In this document: piece by piece, positions 28,105 to 37,436 of the stretch
Layout: each line of letters begins with the position of its first letter
How positions within the stretch are numbered: position 1 is the stretch's first letter
DNA from: a virus
Virus record (IMG/VR): IMGVR_UViG_3300028800_000061
Coordinates: 95,824 to 159,823 of that record
Length of the DNA stretch: 64,000 bases
Direction: 5' to 3' (one strand)
Position numbers and translations under genes: made by a program
The notes under the pieces: generated by a model
What the model was told of the DNA's origin: nothing
Databases searched by the model: none
The model's input: only the letters and a program-made list of their open reading frames with translations

Positions 28105-28355
28105 TTCAGATCGTGTTCGCGGCTCTTCGAATCAGCCCCGCGATCCCGTTCCGATCGGGGATGGTGACCATCCCCGGCCCCGATCACGTTCCGATCCCGG
28201 ATCGCGCTCCGATCTGCCCTCGGAACGTGATCCCCGATCCGCCGATCGCACTCAGATCGCCCGCGGCGAGCGAGCACCACCGGTCCACGACCACCCGCGG
28301 CCCGCCCGCCCAATCATGATTAGAACTTTTTCAACCCGGATCGCGTTCAGATCTG
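28105..28355. repeat. second GATC-dense non-coding tract
   Basis: About 13 GATC in about 250 bp, many 11 bp apart; TCATGATTAGAA at 28314. Confidence 0.75.
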
Positions 28356-28413
28356 CCCCCGAATGCCCGTGCGGCTCGCGAGCCGGCGTGACCCGCGAGC
28401 CGCACAAACCCGG

Positions 28414-28908
28414 TCAGGACCGCTTGTCCTCCATGCGGTTCAAGAGCGCCAGGCCGGCACCGACCGGGTTCTGCTCCTGAAACGCGCCGATGACCGCCGC
28501 CAGCATGTGGTTGTACTCACGATCGAACAGCTCCCGCTCCAGTGAGGTGCCGAAATCCACCGGGGAGCCGCCGGCGAGCGCTTCCTCCTGGTCCCACCGG
28601 GTGAACAGCAACTCCGCGGTGGCGGTGTTGAAGAACCACCAGTCGAGGTCCTCGTGGATAACCTGCGTGCGCTGCCGGGCCCCTTCGACCAGCGCTGCCG
28701 CCAACTCCGCGACCGGACCCTCATGCGCGCTCCGCACCTGGAAAGAGAGCCACTGCGCCCGCAGATTGTAAGCGCGAGCCAACGATTCGCTGACCCGCTC
28801 CAGGCGGATGACTCTATCGTTCACCGCATCCCGGAACCGCTTATCCGCCGCCTCCAAGATCTCCGACACCGTACGCTCCGCCTGCGTACCTGACTGCGCA
28901 CCACTCAT
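28414..28908 (-). CDS. hypothetical helical protein
   Basis: GGAGGT RBS downstream of operator copy 4. Confidence 0.65.
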   Translation of the reverse strand: MSGAQSGTQAERTVSEILEAADKRFRDAVNDRVIRLERVSESLARAYNLRAQWLSFQVRSAHEGPVAELAAALVEGARQRTQVIHEDLDWWFFNTATAELLFTRWDQEEALAGGSPVDFGTSLERELFDREYNHMLAAVIGAFQEQNPVGAGLALLNRMEDKRS

Positions 28909-28922
28909 CGAACTACCTCCCA

Positions 28923-28955
28923 CTAGGTTTGTCCTACTTCCAAGGACAAACCTAG
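28923..28955. promoter_or_regulatory. operator copy 4 (extended palindrome)
   Basis: CTAGGTTTGTCC-N9-GGACAAACCTAG. Confidence 0.75.
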
Positions 28956-29317
28956 CAGCCACACACACCGCACAAGCAAACTCAACAGAACTGTAAACAA
29001 CCAGGCACACCGCCCAGATCCGAGCGCGGTCACCCGCCCGTTCGCCACCCCATACGTTCGCCGAACAACCCCCCACGAGGACGAAAGCGAAAACCCTTCA
29101 GGGCGGGTGAGAGGCGCCGGGTACTCGGGGAACTACACCGGAACTCCTGAGGGAGCCTGCGGGAACGCTGATCGCCTGTGAGTCGCCGCAGATGGCCCTT
29201 CGCGGGGCGGGACTGCCGCACCCATTCATGATTAGAACTGCTCGGCGGGTTTTCGCACATTCTTGCGCATCCAGGTACCCCCAGGGCGGGGGAATCGGGG
29301 GTACCTGGATGGGGGTG

Positions 29318-29803
29318 CTACCAGCCTGCTTCTGACCGGAACCGCATTCTGGTGACTTGCGTGACCGGGCCAGTAGCGCGGAGCGGCTGCGACGTAATCT
29401 CGAATGTGTCGATGTCTATGATCCGCAGTGCCGCCGGATCTCTTGCCGGGAGAACGAACAGCGAGTTGGTGCCCGCGTATACCTCCCGGTAGTAAACCGT
29501 GTTCCCGGCCATGCCCGTGACTCGCCGGATCGCCGCCGGTGGGCGGACAGGGCAATCGTGGGGCCGGATGACCTCAAGCTCGGTGCCGACAGTGATCCGG
29601 AGCTTGACGTCTCCCACGGTTACCATGCGGCCGCGGCGGGCGTCTGCTTGCCCGGTAGCGGTTATGTACACGGTGTAGGCCGCTCGGTCGGCGCAGTGGC
29701 GGCAATTATCGTCAGGGTGCTCGGCGGGATGCCACAGGCAGGTCGCGTGGTCCCTCAACCTTGCAGCGAGCGAGCCGGCGATCTCACGCCAGTTGGCGCT
29801 CAC
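29318..29803 (-). CDS. hypothetical protein
   Basis: AGGAG RBS; operon overlap. Confidence 0.55.
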   Translation of the reverse strand: MSANWREIAGSLAARLRDHATCLWHPAEHPDDNCRHCADRAAYTVYITATGQADARRGRMVTVGDVKLRITVGTELEVIRPHDCPVRPPAAIRRVTGMAGNTVYYREVYAGTNSLFVLPARDPAALRIIDIDTFEITSQPLRATGPVTQVTRMRFRSEAGW

Positions 29804-30237
29804 CGGGAGCGACTCCTGTTAGTGCGCCGGCGGACAAGCTCCGCAGTGCAGGCAAGGTAGGCGTTCTTTGCGTAAGGGCCGATGATGATGCCGAACTGGG
29901 AGAAGTCGGATCCGAGGATGTCCCGGACCTCGCCAAGGTCATCGTCGGTCAGTTTCGCGATCACCCCTGCGACAGGGCCTTCCATCTCGTCAGCGGATGC
30001 GAGCTCTTTGGCGACTTCCATCGCGATGAGTAGCCGCAACTTGGCGAGATCCGGGACATCGCCCGGGACGCAGGGCTGGTCCTCGTCGATCACCGCGAGG
30101 AGGGCCTGCGTGTGACGTCGCAGCTCGTAGTACCACTTCACGAGGACGCGCGCCGGGAGTAGCAGATCTTCGCGGGGCTGGATGTTGCTGGTCACGTAAG
30201 CGCGGGCTGCGATCACCCTCGGGTCGCCGGCGTTCAT
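29800..30237 (-). CDS. hypothetical protein
   Basis: ATGA overlaps. Confidence 0.55.
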   Translation of the reverse strand: MNAGDPRVIAARAYVTSNIQPREDLLLPARVLVKWYYELRRHTQALLAVIDEDQPCVPGDVPDLAKLRLLIAMEVAKELASADEMEGPVAGVIAKLTDDDLGEVRDILGSDFSQFGIIIGPYAKNAYLACTAELVRRRTNRSRSR

Positions 30238-30698
30238 GACTGCGCCGGGCCAAGCTCGGCCACCATGACGTTCGCGGCGGCGACAGCTTCGGTGAGGATC
30301 AGCATGGCGAGCGGGGCGCCGGTCTGGTGCTGTGTGCGGCCGCCGATGGCCGCCCAGTCCGACCACGTGTCCTGCGCGACTATGCCTGGTGGTTCGGTGA
30401 TGTCGTGGTCGTACTCGATGGCCCACCGGTACTCGCCGGGGTGACCGTAACCGCGGCCGTCTTGGACGGTGATGGTGATGTTGGGCGGGCTGGTGAGCCA
30501 GCCACCATCGGCCACAGCTCCGATGAGAGTGTCGATGTCGTCACTGCCGATGGGGGCACCGGACGCGGGCCATGTGGCGCCGAGCATCAAGCCTGTCGTA
30601 GGGCCGTAGGTCCCCAGGGCGAAACCCTCGACCTGGGACATCGACAGGTACGTTTCGGTCTGCGGGTTCAGGATGAACTGGCCATCTGGGGCGGTCAT
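30234..30698 (-). CDS. hypothetical protein
   Basis: ATGA overlaps; C-terminal AMLILTEA resembles AMLILVEA of the upstream gene. Confidence 0.6.
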   Translation of the reverse strand: MTAPDGQFILNPQTETYLSMSQVEGFALGTYGPTTGLMLGATWPASGAPIGSDDIDTLIGAVADGGWLTSPPNITITVQDGRGYGHPGEYRWAIEYDHDITEPPGIVAQDTWSDWAAIGGRTQHQTGAPLAMLILTEAVAAANVMVAELGPAQS

Positions 30699-31228
30699 GG
30701 CTTCACCAGCACTTCGGTGAGCGCACGCAGCAGGGCGTCGGTTTCCTCGGCCGCTTCGACCAGGATCAGCATGGCGAACTCGGCAGTATCCGCCGGGCGT
30801 TTGCCATCACCGTCCATGCCGATTTCATCCAGGGGCCTGGGCGCGGTGGACACGATGTACGGATCCGCCATCCAGGTTGGCGGGCTGAACTGGATGAACC
30901 AGGCGTAGCGGGGATCGCCGTCCGCGAGAGTGTGCTCCTCGTTGGTGGTGATCCCGATGGTCAGATGGTCCGGAACCCGGATGATTTCCTTGGCGGCGGC
31001 CCAGTGGATCAGGTCGGAAACATCTTGGCCATCCATGTAGTCATCGGAGGCCCAGCCGCGGCCGAGGGACAGCTCCGGCGGCAAATGCTCCGCGTGGGCT
31101 TCTACGCTCGTGCTCACTGTGCCGTGCTCGTCGGTCAGTGCTGCGGTGAGCAGTTTCATGCCGGGATCGTGGTCGTACTCGATGCGCACGGCCGGTTGCG
31201 GGACCGGCCGTAGTCGTTGGGCTGCCAT
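30695..31228 (-). CDS. hypothetical protein
   Basis: AGGAGG RBS after operator copy 5. Confidence 0.65.
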   Translation of the reverse strand: MAAQRLRPVPQPAVRIEYDHDPGMKLLTAALTDEHGTVSTSVEAHAEHLPPELSLGRGWASDDYMDGQDVSDLIHWAAAKEIIRVPDHLTIGITTNEEHTLADGDPRYAWFIQFSPPTWMADPYIVSTAPRPLDEIGMDGDGKRPADTAEFAMLILVEAAEETDALLRALTEVLVKP

Positions 31229-31248
31229 GGGACGCGCCTCCTGGTAGG

Positions 31249-31269
31249 TTGTCTCTATTACTAGGACAA
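31249..31269. promoter_or_regulatory. operator copy 5
   Basis: TTGTCT-N9-GGACAA. Confidence 0.7.
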
Positions 31270-31326
31270 CCTTACCAGTTAGCGCGTGCGTGCGGCGTGC
31301 CTGCGTGCCAGTTCTGCGAGTGCGTT

Positions 31327-31764
31327 CTACCTGCGGGACAGCCACGCCGCGGGGATCGGCGCTCCGCTCACGAACCCGGTTTCCGCCGCGGCCTCCAGGA
31401 AGTCCTGGGCGCCCGCGGCCTCGTTGACCGCAGCGGCGCGGTCGTCGGAGTTGAGGTTGTGATCGAGCAGGACCCGCGGCAGTTCGACCAGTGCGTCGAT
31501 CGCGTCGCGGTACACGGCCATCACCGCGTTCCGCACGCCGTGGCCGTTGTTGACGCGCTCGAGCACGTTGGCTGGCCAGATTGCCCGGCCGGCGGCCCGG
31601 ATCGCTGACGGGCTGAGATAGCGGGATCGCTCGCGCTCACGGTCGTAGCGAGCTGTGCCGTCGAGGCATTCGTTCATGTACTCGCCGAGAGCGCGGCCGG
31701 GAGCCGTTTTGAGCGTGGCCAGGTCGAATCTGCGATGCGCGGTGGCCTGTGTGGTGGTGGGCAT
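31327..31764 (-). CDS. hypothetical protein
   Basis: GGAGG RBS after operator copy 6. Confidence 0.65.
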   Translation of the reverse strand: MPTTTQATAHRRFDLATLKTAPGRALGEYMNECLDGTARYDRERERSRYLSPSAIRAAGRAIWPANVLERVNNGHGVRNAVMAVYRDAIDALVELPRVLLDHNLNSDDRAAAVNEAAGAQDFLEAAAETGFVSGAPIPAAWLSRR

Positions 31765-31780
31765 GGTGCCTCCGTTTACG

Positions 31781-31801
31781 TTGTCCTTACTGTCAGGACA
31801 A
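31781..31801. promoter_or_regulatory. operator copy 6
   Basis: TTGTCC-N9-GGACAA. Confidence 0.7.
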
Positions 31802-32101
31802 CGTAACATTGCGGGGCTGCACACGGGCATATTTCGGGGGTGTATTCGGTGTGTCGCGGGACTGTGCGCCCTTGCGGCATAACCGGAGGGCGCGAGGCGG
31901 GCCGGTTGTTGCCGGCCGGTGAGCGACCACAAGAATGATCATGGGTCGGGCTGGTCAGCGGGTAGCAGGCCTAACCGGAGGATTCGCGTGTGGTGCCCGC
32001 GAGCGCCGTGCAGTTCCACCGGCGGCAGCCCGAGTGCGCCCATTCATGATTAGAGCCCCGCCACTCGCGGCCGTGCTCTTGTGCTGGTTGTGAGCCAGGT
32101 C

Positions 32102-32151
32102 TGGACAGTGCCTTGTACGTACAATAAGGTATGTCTAGACAGTGTTGACAA
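32102..32151 (+). promoter_or_regulatory. promoter plus degenerate operator copy 7
   Basis: TGGACA-17-TAAGGT; ATGTCT-N9-TGACAA. Confidence 0.55.
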
Positions 32152-32179
32152 CGTCCCCGGCACCCCGCAGGAGGCTCAG

Positions 32180-32560
32180 ATGCGTAAAGCAGACGCACCG
32201 CAGGCAGCACAAGCGATCATCATCGTCAGGCGCCACCAGGCGCACGCCGGGCACCTCACCATGACCGACGCGGTGCACGAGGTCCTCGGCGGGCGAGAAG
32301 TTCAGGTCATCGGCACGATCGGCGGCGAGCACATAGGTGAGACCACCGTCGACGTGATCCCGCGCATCCCGCCCACATACCGGACAGACCCCGAAGTCGC
32401 AGGTGTCGCATGGGAGCACCCGAAGATCATGCCGCCGGCGCTGGTGCCGTTGCTTATGAAAGCACTGCTCGAAGCGGGCGGCATCGCAACCTCGGTGAAC
32501 CGGGCCAGGGCGACCCAGAGGATAACGAGCGCCCAAGAAGGGGCAAAGATACCTGCATGA
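32180..32560 (+). CDS. hypothetical protein
   Basis: AGGAGG RBS. Confidence 0.6.
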   Translation: MRKADAPQAAQAIIIVRRHQAHAGHLTMTDAVHEVLGGREVQVIGTIGGEHIGETTVDVIPRIPPTYRTDPEVAGVAWEHPKIMPPALVPLLMKALLEAGGIATSVNRARATQRITSAQEGAKIPA

Positions 32561-32919
32561 GCACAAAACACGGTGAGCGAGCACCCGCCCCGTACCAGTA
32601 CAAGATCCGCACAAACGCAGCCGACCGCAGCGAGGACATCAAGTTCGCCCACGCCCAGGTCATCCTGCGCCGCGGAACACCCATCCAAGCATGCGTCGTC
32701 TACCCGGCTGATGGCACCGGAATCGACGGGCATCCGGTGCACCGCGGTGACCCGGTACCCGGGATGACCGTCACAATCAGCAGCGACGGCGCCATCACCT
32801 GGCCAGAAGCGTCCCGGCCGGTGAACTCTGAGGTTGCCCGCGAGTTCGCCGGCGTGATCCGGTGGGCCGCATCGCTCATCGACACCGCTGTCGGCCGGCT
32901 GGCAGGGTTAACCGCATGA
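32557..32919 (+). CDS. hypothetical protein
   Basis: ATGA overlap. Confidence 0.6.
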   Translation: MSTKHGERAPAPYQYKIRTNAADRSEDIKFAHAQVILRRGTPIQACVVYPADGTGIDGHPVHRGDPVPGMTVTISSDGAITWPEASRPVNSEVAREFAGVIRWAASLIDTAVGRLAGLTA

Positions 32920-33248
32920 ACAGGGACACCGGAGAGCCCACCACGGTAAGCGCTGAGAGTAGATCCCTGTCGGGAACAAGGCTCCGGCCAAATCTGACAA
33001 CAGATCAAGCTGTCGCCATACTCAACCACGGGCAGCAGATCACGGTCACGCTTCAAATCCCGGGACACGAGCCGTACACCGTCGCCGAGCTCTCACCTGT
33101 CACCCTCGCCTCAAACCGGGCGAACATCGAGTTCGACTTCACCCCGTTTGAGACCAGCGACATCGCTGACGCCCGCGCTTACCGTGACGCAGTCGAGCAA
33201 GCCGTAGCAATTGCCGATGAGTGGACAGCTCAGCGGCGCGGGAAGTAG
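32916..33248 (+). CDS. hypothetical protein
   Basis: ATGA overlap. Confidence 0.55.
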   Translation: MNRDTGEPTTVSAESRSLSGTRLRPNLTTDQAVAILNHGQQITVTLQIPGHEPYTVAELSPVTLASNRANIEFDFTPFETSDIADARAYRDAVEQAVAIADEWTAQRRGK

Positions 33249-33261
33249 CTTCCCTGCCACT

Positions 33262-33308
33262 CATGGATGAAGCCCTGCCGCGGGAGCCGTGGCAGGGCTT
33301 CATCCATG
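33262..33308. terminator. long hairpin between convergent genes
   Basis: CATGGATGAAGCCCTGCC...GGCAGGGCTTCATCCATG. Confidence 0.7.
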
Positions 33309-33329
33309 GACAGAACGCGCGCCTGCTGA

Positions 33330-33608
33330 TCATGACCATACCCCGTCCGGGCCCGGGCCTGGCAGCGGGCCGCGGCGTTCCTCCGTGCCGGTGTACCGGT
33401 ACTCATAGACGGAGATCTCAACCGGCTGGTACATGACATACCGGGCCAGGATCACCCTCGGGCCGGCGCGATCGGCGCGGGTGGCGTAGAACCGCACCGC
33501 CGGCGGGATCGGGTGCTCCAGTACGCAACGCAGCCCATCCGCCGGGCCGCCAGCGTGGATCACCGTGGGAAAGCGCCCTGGTGGCGTGTACGTGCTGGCC
33601 CACTTCAT
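33330..33608 (-). CDS. hypothetical protein
   Basis: ATGA overlap with terL stop; GGAGG RBS; GGPADG motif. Confidence 0.6.
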   Translation of the reverse strand: MKWASTYTPPGRFPTVIHAGGPADGLRCVLEHPIPPAVRFYATRADRAGPRVILARYVMYQPVEISVYEYRYTGTEERRGPLPGPGPDGVWS

Positions 33609-35086
33609 GCGGCCGCCTCCGGCACCACCCCAGCGGGTGTGCCACAGAACGGGCAGACGTCGTGGCCCTCGACGATGTACGGCTCCCGGCACACGCCGCA
33701 AGCCGTGACGCCGTATGCGCCGAGCCAAGAGCCCTGCGACAGGCCGCGCAGCTCAGTGACCGCCCACACCAGCGCGTCCACCCGGTCCGGGCTGAACGGC
33801 GAATCGGGCACCCACGCGCACATCTGGTCCTCGAGCTGCGGGAAGCACCCGACATGGTGCATCCGGCGTTGCTCGTACAGGGAGGACACCGGCTCGGCCC
33901 GGACCCGCTTGCCGCGAGACGCGCGAACCGATTTGTACGGCACCAGCGGATCGACAGCGCGCAGCAGCGAGCGGATGTAATCGCCGCCGTTGTTCACCTC
34001 AGCGACAATCGAGTCCGCCTCGTAAGTGTGGTACGCGCGGACCGCGGCGCGCATGCACGCATCAGGCGTGCCGCGCATCGTAAGGTCAGCCAGGACGTAC
34101 CCGTGGCCGTCCGGGCCCTCGCCGACGACCACAAGGCCGGTTTCGTCAGCCTCCTCACCGGATGTGACAGCTGGATCGATCGCCACCACGACACGGTGCA
34201 GATCTGGGACCTGGTTGAGGGTGATGCGGGTTTCGTCGATATCCGCCCTGGCCCACAGTGCGCCGTCGACGTCCTCAAGCAGCTCGCCCTCTAGCTCCTG
34301 GCGGCCGAGGCGGGTGCCGCCGTACCGGCGCCGGAGTTCTTCAAGGGCCGCCGGTGCCAGGTTGTCCGAGTTCTCCCAGGTGGATCCTCTGGTGATGTGG
34401 ACGGATCCGTCGTTGCGGGTGGCCAGATCGCGGATCAGCGGGACCACCCGCGGTGTGGTGGTCACCACGACACGCGGGAACTGCCCGACCCGCAGAGCGG
34501 GGATCAGGCCCTCGTACCAGGCGGCCGGGTAACGCCACGAGCCGACCTCATCGCACCAGGCGCCGTGCAAGTTCGCGCCACGGAGCCGCTCCGGCTGATC
34601 AGCGGAGTACCCGTATATCACCGATCCGCCGGCCAGCACGATCTGCATCTCGTTACGCCGGTACGCGGTCAGCTCACCCGGCCGCAGCGCCTGCAAAATG
34701 CCAGTGGTGCCCTCCACGCAGGTTTTACGGACATCACGGAACGTCGGGGCGATCACCGCCCACTCCGAGCCGGGTGTGCCCATGGCCTGCTCGACAAGCC
34801 AGTTGGAGCCGGTGAACGTTTTCCCGGTTCCACGGCCAGCGAGCAGCAGCCAGACGTGCCACGACTGGTCGTGGCGGTCGCAGCCGCAGGAGAACCCGTT
34901 GCGGTCGGGCTCGTGGTGCCGCGGGTCGTCAGGCGGAAGTTGCTTCGGCCTTGCCGTCGCTCGCCACGGCCTGGGCCCGTGAGCTTGACGCAACGCGAGC
35001 TCGGCCGCCAGGCGGTCCTTCAGGCGTTGTTTCTGCTCCGGCTCCAGATCGCGCCAGCTCTGCAACAAGGCGCTCGATTTCGGCAT
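33605..35086 (-). CDS. terL: terminase large subunit
   Basis: Walker A AGRGTGKT, ERLRG, Walker B AWCDE, VTTTP; nuclease motifs VAIDPA, DETG, AEVNNGG, PDRVDA; start chosen at MPKSS. Confidence 0.95.
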   Translation of the reverse strand: MPKSSALLQSWRDLEPEQKQRLKDRLAAELALRQAHGPRPWRATARPKQLPPDDPRHHEPDRNGFSCGCDRHDQSWHVWLLLAGRGTGKTFTGSNWLVEQAMGTPGSEWAVIAPTFRDVRKTCVEGTTGILQALRPGELTAYRRNEMQIVLAGGSVIYGYSADQPERLRGANLHGAWCDEVGSWRYPAAWYEGLIPALRVGQFPRVVVTTTPRVVPLIRDLATRNDGSVHITRGSTWENSDNLAPAALEELRRRYGGTRLGRQELEGELLEDVDGALWARADIDETRITLNQVPDLHRVVVAIDPAVTSGEEADETGLVVVGEGPDGHGYVLADLTMRGTPDACMRAAVRAYHTYEADSIVAEVNNGGDYIRSLLRAVDPLVPYKSVRASRGKRVRAEPVSSLYEQRRMHHVGCFPQLEDQMCAWVPDSPFSPDRVDALVWAVTELRGLSQGSWLGAYGVTACGVCREPYIVEGHDVCPFCGTPAGVVPEAAA

Positions 35087-35510
35087 CCAAGCCGTCCTGG
35101 ATTTCGACTTTCGCCTGAACTGGTGCATCCAGGCCGAGAAGTTTCGCGCGGCGCTCACTGATTTTCAGCAGGCGGTCAAGGGCGTGCAGTTTCGGCATGT
35201 CGTCGGTGAGGACATCACCGGTTACCGGGTGAACGACCGCGCGGCCCTGGGAGACGGATATGTGCTCACGGGCGACTACCCGCCATGCGATACGCGCCAT
35301 GTCGTCGAGCCGGTCGAGTTCCATTTGGCGGACTTCGCCGACCATCTCTTTGGATTGGTCGCGGATCGCGCGGGTGATCGCGTCGTACGCCGATGATGGT
35401 GACCGGTAACCGAGCTGGGTAGCGATCTGCCGGTGGTTGAGGCCGCGGCGGCGCAGCTCTACGGCCTGGTTGTCGCGTTCACGGTCGGCGACGCTACGGC
35501 GGCGCGGCAT
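34929..35510 (-). CDS. terS: terminase small subunit
   Basis: N-terminal HTH (LRRRGLNHRQIATQLGY); ELDRLD...ERRAKLLGLDAP; overlaps terL. Confidence 0.85.
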   Translation of the reverse strand: MPRRRSVADRERDNQAVELRRRGLNHRQIATQLGYRSPSSAYDAITRAIRDQSKEMVGEVRQMELDRLDDMARIAWRVVAREHISVSQGRAVVHPVTGDVLTDDMPKLHALDRLLKISERRAKLLGLDAPVQAKVEIQDGLDAEIERLVAELARSGAGAETTPEGPPGGRARVASSSRAQAVASDGKAEATSA

Positions 35511-35585
35511 AACTCGCCCCCCTTCATGATGATCGGGCGAGCGGTGCCCGCGAAACGTTTTAGTACTGGTAGCCAGCGTGCTAGC

Positions 35586-35606
35586 TTGTCTATACGGCAA
35601 GGACAA
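35586..35606. promoter_or_regulatory. operator copy 8 (between divergent terS and accessory gene)
   Basis: TTGTCT-N9-GGACAA then AAGGAGG. Confidence 0.7.
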
Positions 35607-35624
35607 TCTAAGGAGGCGGGCGTG

Positions 35625-35864
35625 ATGGACTCAGCGGCCGGGCCCGGGGTGCCGGTGGAGAAGCAAATCGAGGAACTCATGACCGACATCGACACGGCCG
35701 AGCGGGATGCCGCCCGGGACCTGGGCGCGGAAGCGGTCGAAGCGGGCGGGTGGACCGAACTGATCCGCAGCGTCATCGGCTGCGCCGGACCGCACATCGG
35801 TGACGAGGCCAAACGTGAGGTGCTCCGCATGACAGGGCTGGCGGAACACCCCAGCCAGCTCTGA
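35625..35864 (+). CDS. hypothetical protein
   Basis: AAGGAGG RBS. Confidence 0.65.
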   Translation: MDSAAGPGVPVEKQIEELMTDIDTAERDAARDLGAEAVEAGGWTELIRSVIGCAGPHIGDEAKREVLRMTGLAEHPSQL

Positions 35865-35900
35865 CCACTACCCGGGGAATGGCGAAAGGGAGAACAGGCA

Positions 35901-36185
35901 ATGCGAATGCGACCGATCAACTACCGGGGCGCGCTGAGGACTGCTGGCAGGTTCGTGATCTGCGTTTTGGCTGCCGGGTACGTGCTGACGTTGACGTTGG
36001 GCTTTTTCCGGCACGAACCGCCGCGGCCGCCGGCGAACCGGATCCTGCCATCGTGGACGTTCATTCAGCAGGTGCCGCCTGCGGTGCAGAACAGTTTCAC
36101 CCCGCCTCTTCCGGAAGGGTGCATCGCGATCGTTGGTGACACGACCATCATCATGTGCCGGAACGGTCAGACCGAAGAGTCCTAG
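35901..36185 (+). CDS. membrane-anchored hypothetical protein
   Basis: GGGAG RBS; one hydrophobic helix. Confidence 0.55.
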   Translation: MRMRPINYRGALRTAGRFVICVLAAGYVLTLTLGFFRHEPPRPPANRILPSWTFIQQVPPAVQNSFTPPLPEGCIAIVGDTTIIMCRNGQTEES

Positions 36186-36254
36186 ACCGGCCTGTGAACG
36201 CCTTCGCCGGGTCGATCGGGCGGGGGCGTTCACGTGTTCCGGACACGCAAACGA

Positions 36255-36308
36255 AACGTATTGACAGTGTCCCAACGCGTGGTAAGTTTGTCCGCATAGT
36301 AAAGACAA
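36255..36308 (+). promoter_or_regulatory. promoter plus operator copy 9
   Basis: AAACGTATTGACA-16-TAAGTT; TTGTCC-N9-AGACAA. Confidence 0.7.
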
Positions 36309-36327
36309 TCTACCGAAGGTGGCACGC

Positions 36328-36843
36328 ATGACACTCACCGATACCAGCAGCGCACCCGCGCCGGTTACCGACGACAAAATCGAAACACCGGATGACGCCT
36401 GCATCACGATCCCCGAGATCGGGCAGAAAATCCTCACCCGCGACATGGCCACAGTCACCGTCACCGAAATCCACGACGGCGGCCGGCGCCTCACAGTCAC
36501 CGGTGACACCGGTGAACCCGCGCAAATCGAGCGGATCCGCACCGGGTACTGGGTCCTCGCATCAGTCCTCGACCCGGCGAACATCCCCCCCGGAGACACC
36601 GGGGACTGGCCCGGCGAGGACGCAGACCCGGCGTACCTCCTGTACTCCTGGCTCCGCGAAGTTGACTACGGGCTGCGCGGGCCGATCGCAGACGCCCCCG
36701 ACACCATGCACTGCTACGCGTGCGGCGGCTACGACGGCATCACCTACAAGGAGCAGGCGGTCATCGAGTTCGGCGGCGTCGCCGAAGCGCACCGCGACCC
36801 CACCCAGGTGTACCTGCTCGAATGCGGCCACATGGCCATCTGA
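36328..36843 (+). CDS. hypothetical protein
   Basis: First gene of operon; CYAC...LLECGH. Confidence 0.6.
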   Translation: MTLTDTSSAPAPVTDDKIETPDDACITIPEIGQKILTRDMATVTVTEIHDGGRRLTVTGDTGEPAQIERIRTGYWVLASVLDPANIPPGDTGDWPGEDADPAYLLYSWLREVDYGLRGPIADAPDTMHCYACGGYDGITYKEQAVIEFGGVAEAHRDPTQVYLLECGHMAI

Positions 36844-36944
36844 TCGTCGCGGCGCACGACGGCGATGCGCGTCCCCGGCCCACCCTGCTGCCGGGTTACG
36901 CGCACCGCCGCCGCCCACCGTGGGCGAATCGGAAGGAGACACCG

Positions 36945-37436
36945 ATGAAAGAGTGGCACGGGCTCGCCAACGGGCCCGGGTACGAGATCGCAGAGAAACG
37001 CGTCGCCCGCCGCGGCGACGACAAGATGCCGGCCTGGGTCACAGCTGGGATCGCCAGAACGTTCGGCGTGAACCGGGCGGTGGTGCACGCCGCCTGGCGT
37101 GACGGCACCCTCGACCTGGCCGCCGAGGACACTCCCGCGGGCACGATGATCGTGTTCTTCACCAACAGCGAGCAAGCCGGTGAACTGCCGGGACGCCTGC
37201 GACCCGGACGGCACGCCAGGCCCGCGCCGATGTCCGCTGACCGGCTGATCCAGAAACCGGTCAGCGGGCAGACCCTGGAAACTTCCCGGTACGGCACCGT
37301 CACTGTCGTCGAGGTGCACGACGGCACCGGGCTGACGATCAGCGTTCAGGACCGCCTGAACCGGGTGTGGGATCTGGAGCGCGACGAGGACGGCTGGTGG
37401 GTCCTCGCGCTCGGCCAGTTGCCGGTGGCGTCATGA
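36945..37436 (+). CDS. hypothetical protein
   Basis: AAGGAG RBS; C-terminal GTVTVVEVHDG...WVLA resembles ATVTVTEIHDG...WVLA of 36328-36843. Confidence 0.6.
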   Translation: MKEWHGLANGPGYEIAEKRVARRGDDKMPAWVTAGIARTFGVNRAVVHAAWRDGTLDLAAEDTPAGTMIVFFTNSEQAGELPGRLRPGRHARPAPMSADRLIQKPVSGQTLETSRYGTVTVVEVHDGTGLTISVQDRLNRVWDLERDEDGWWVLALGQLPVAS

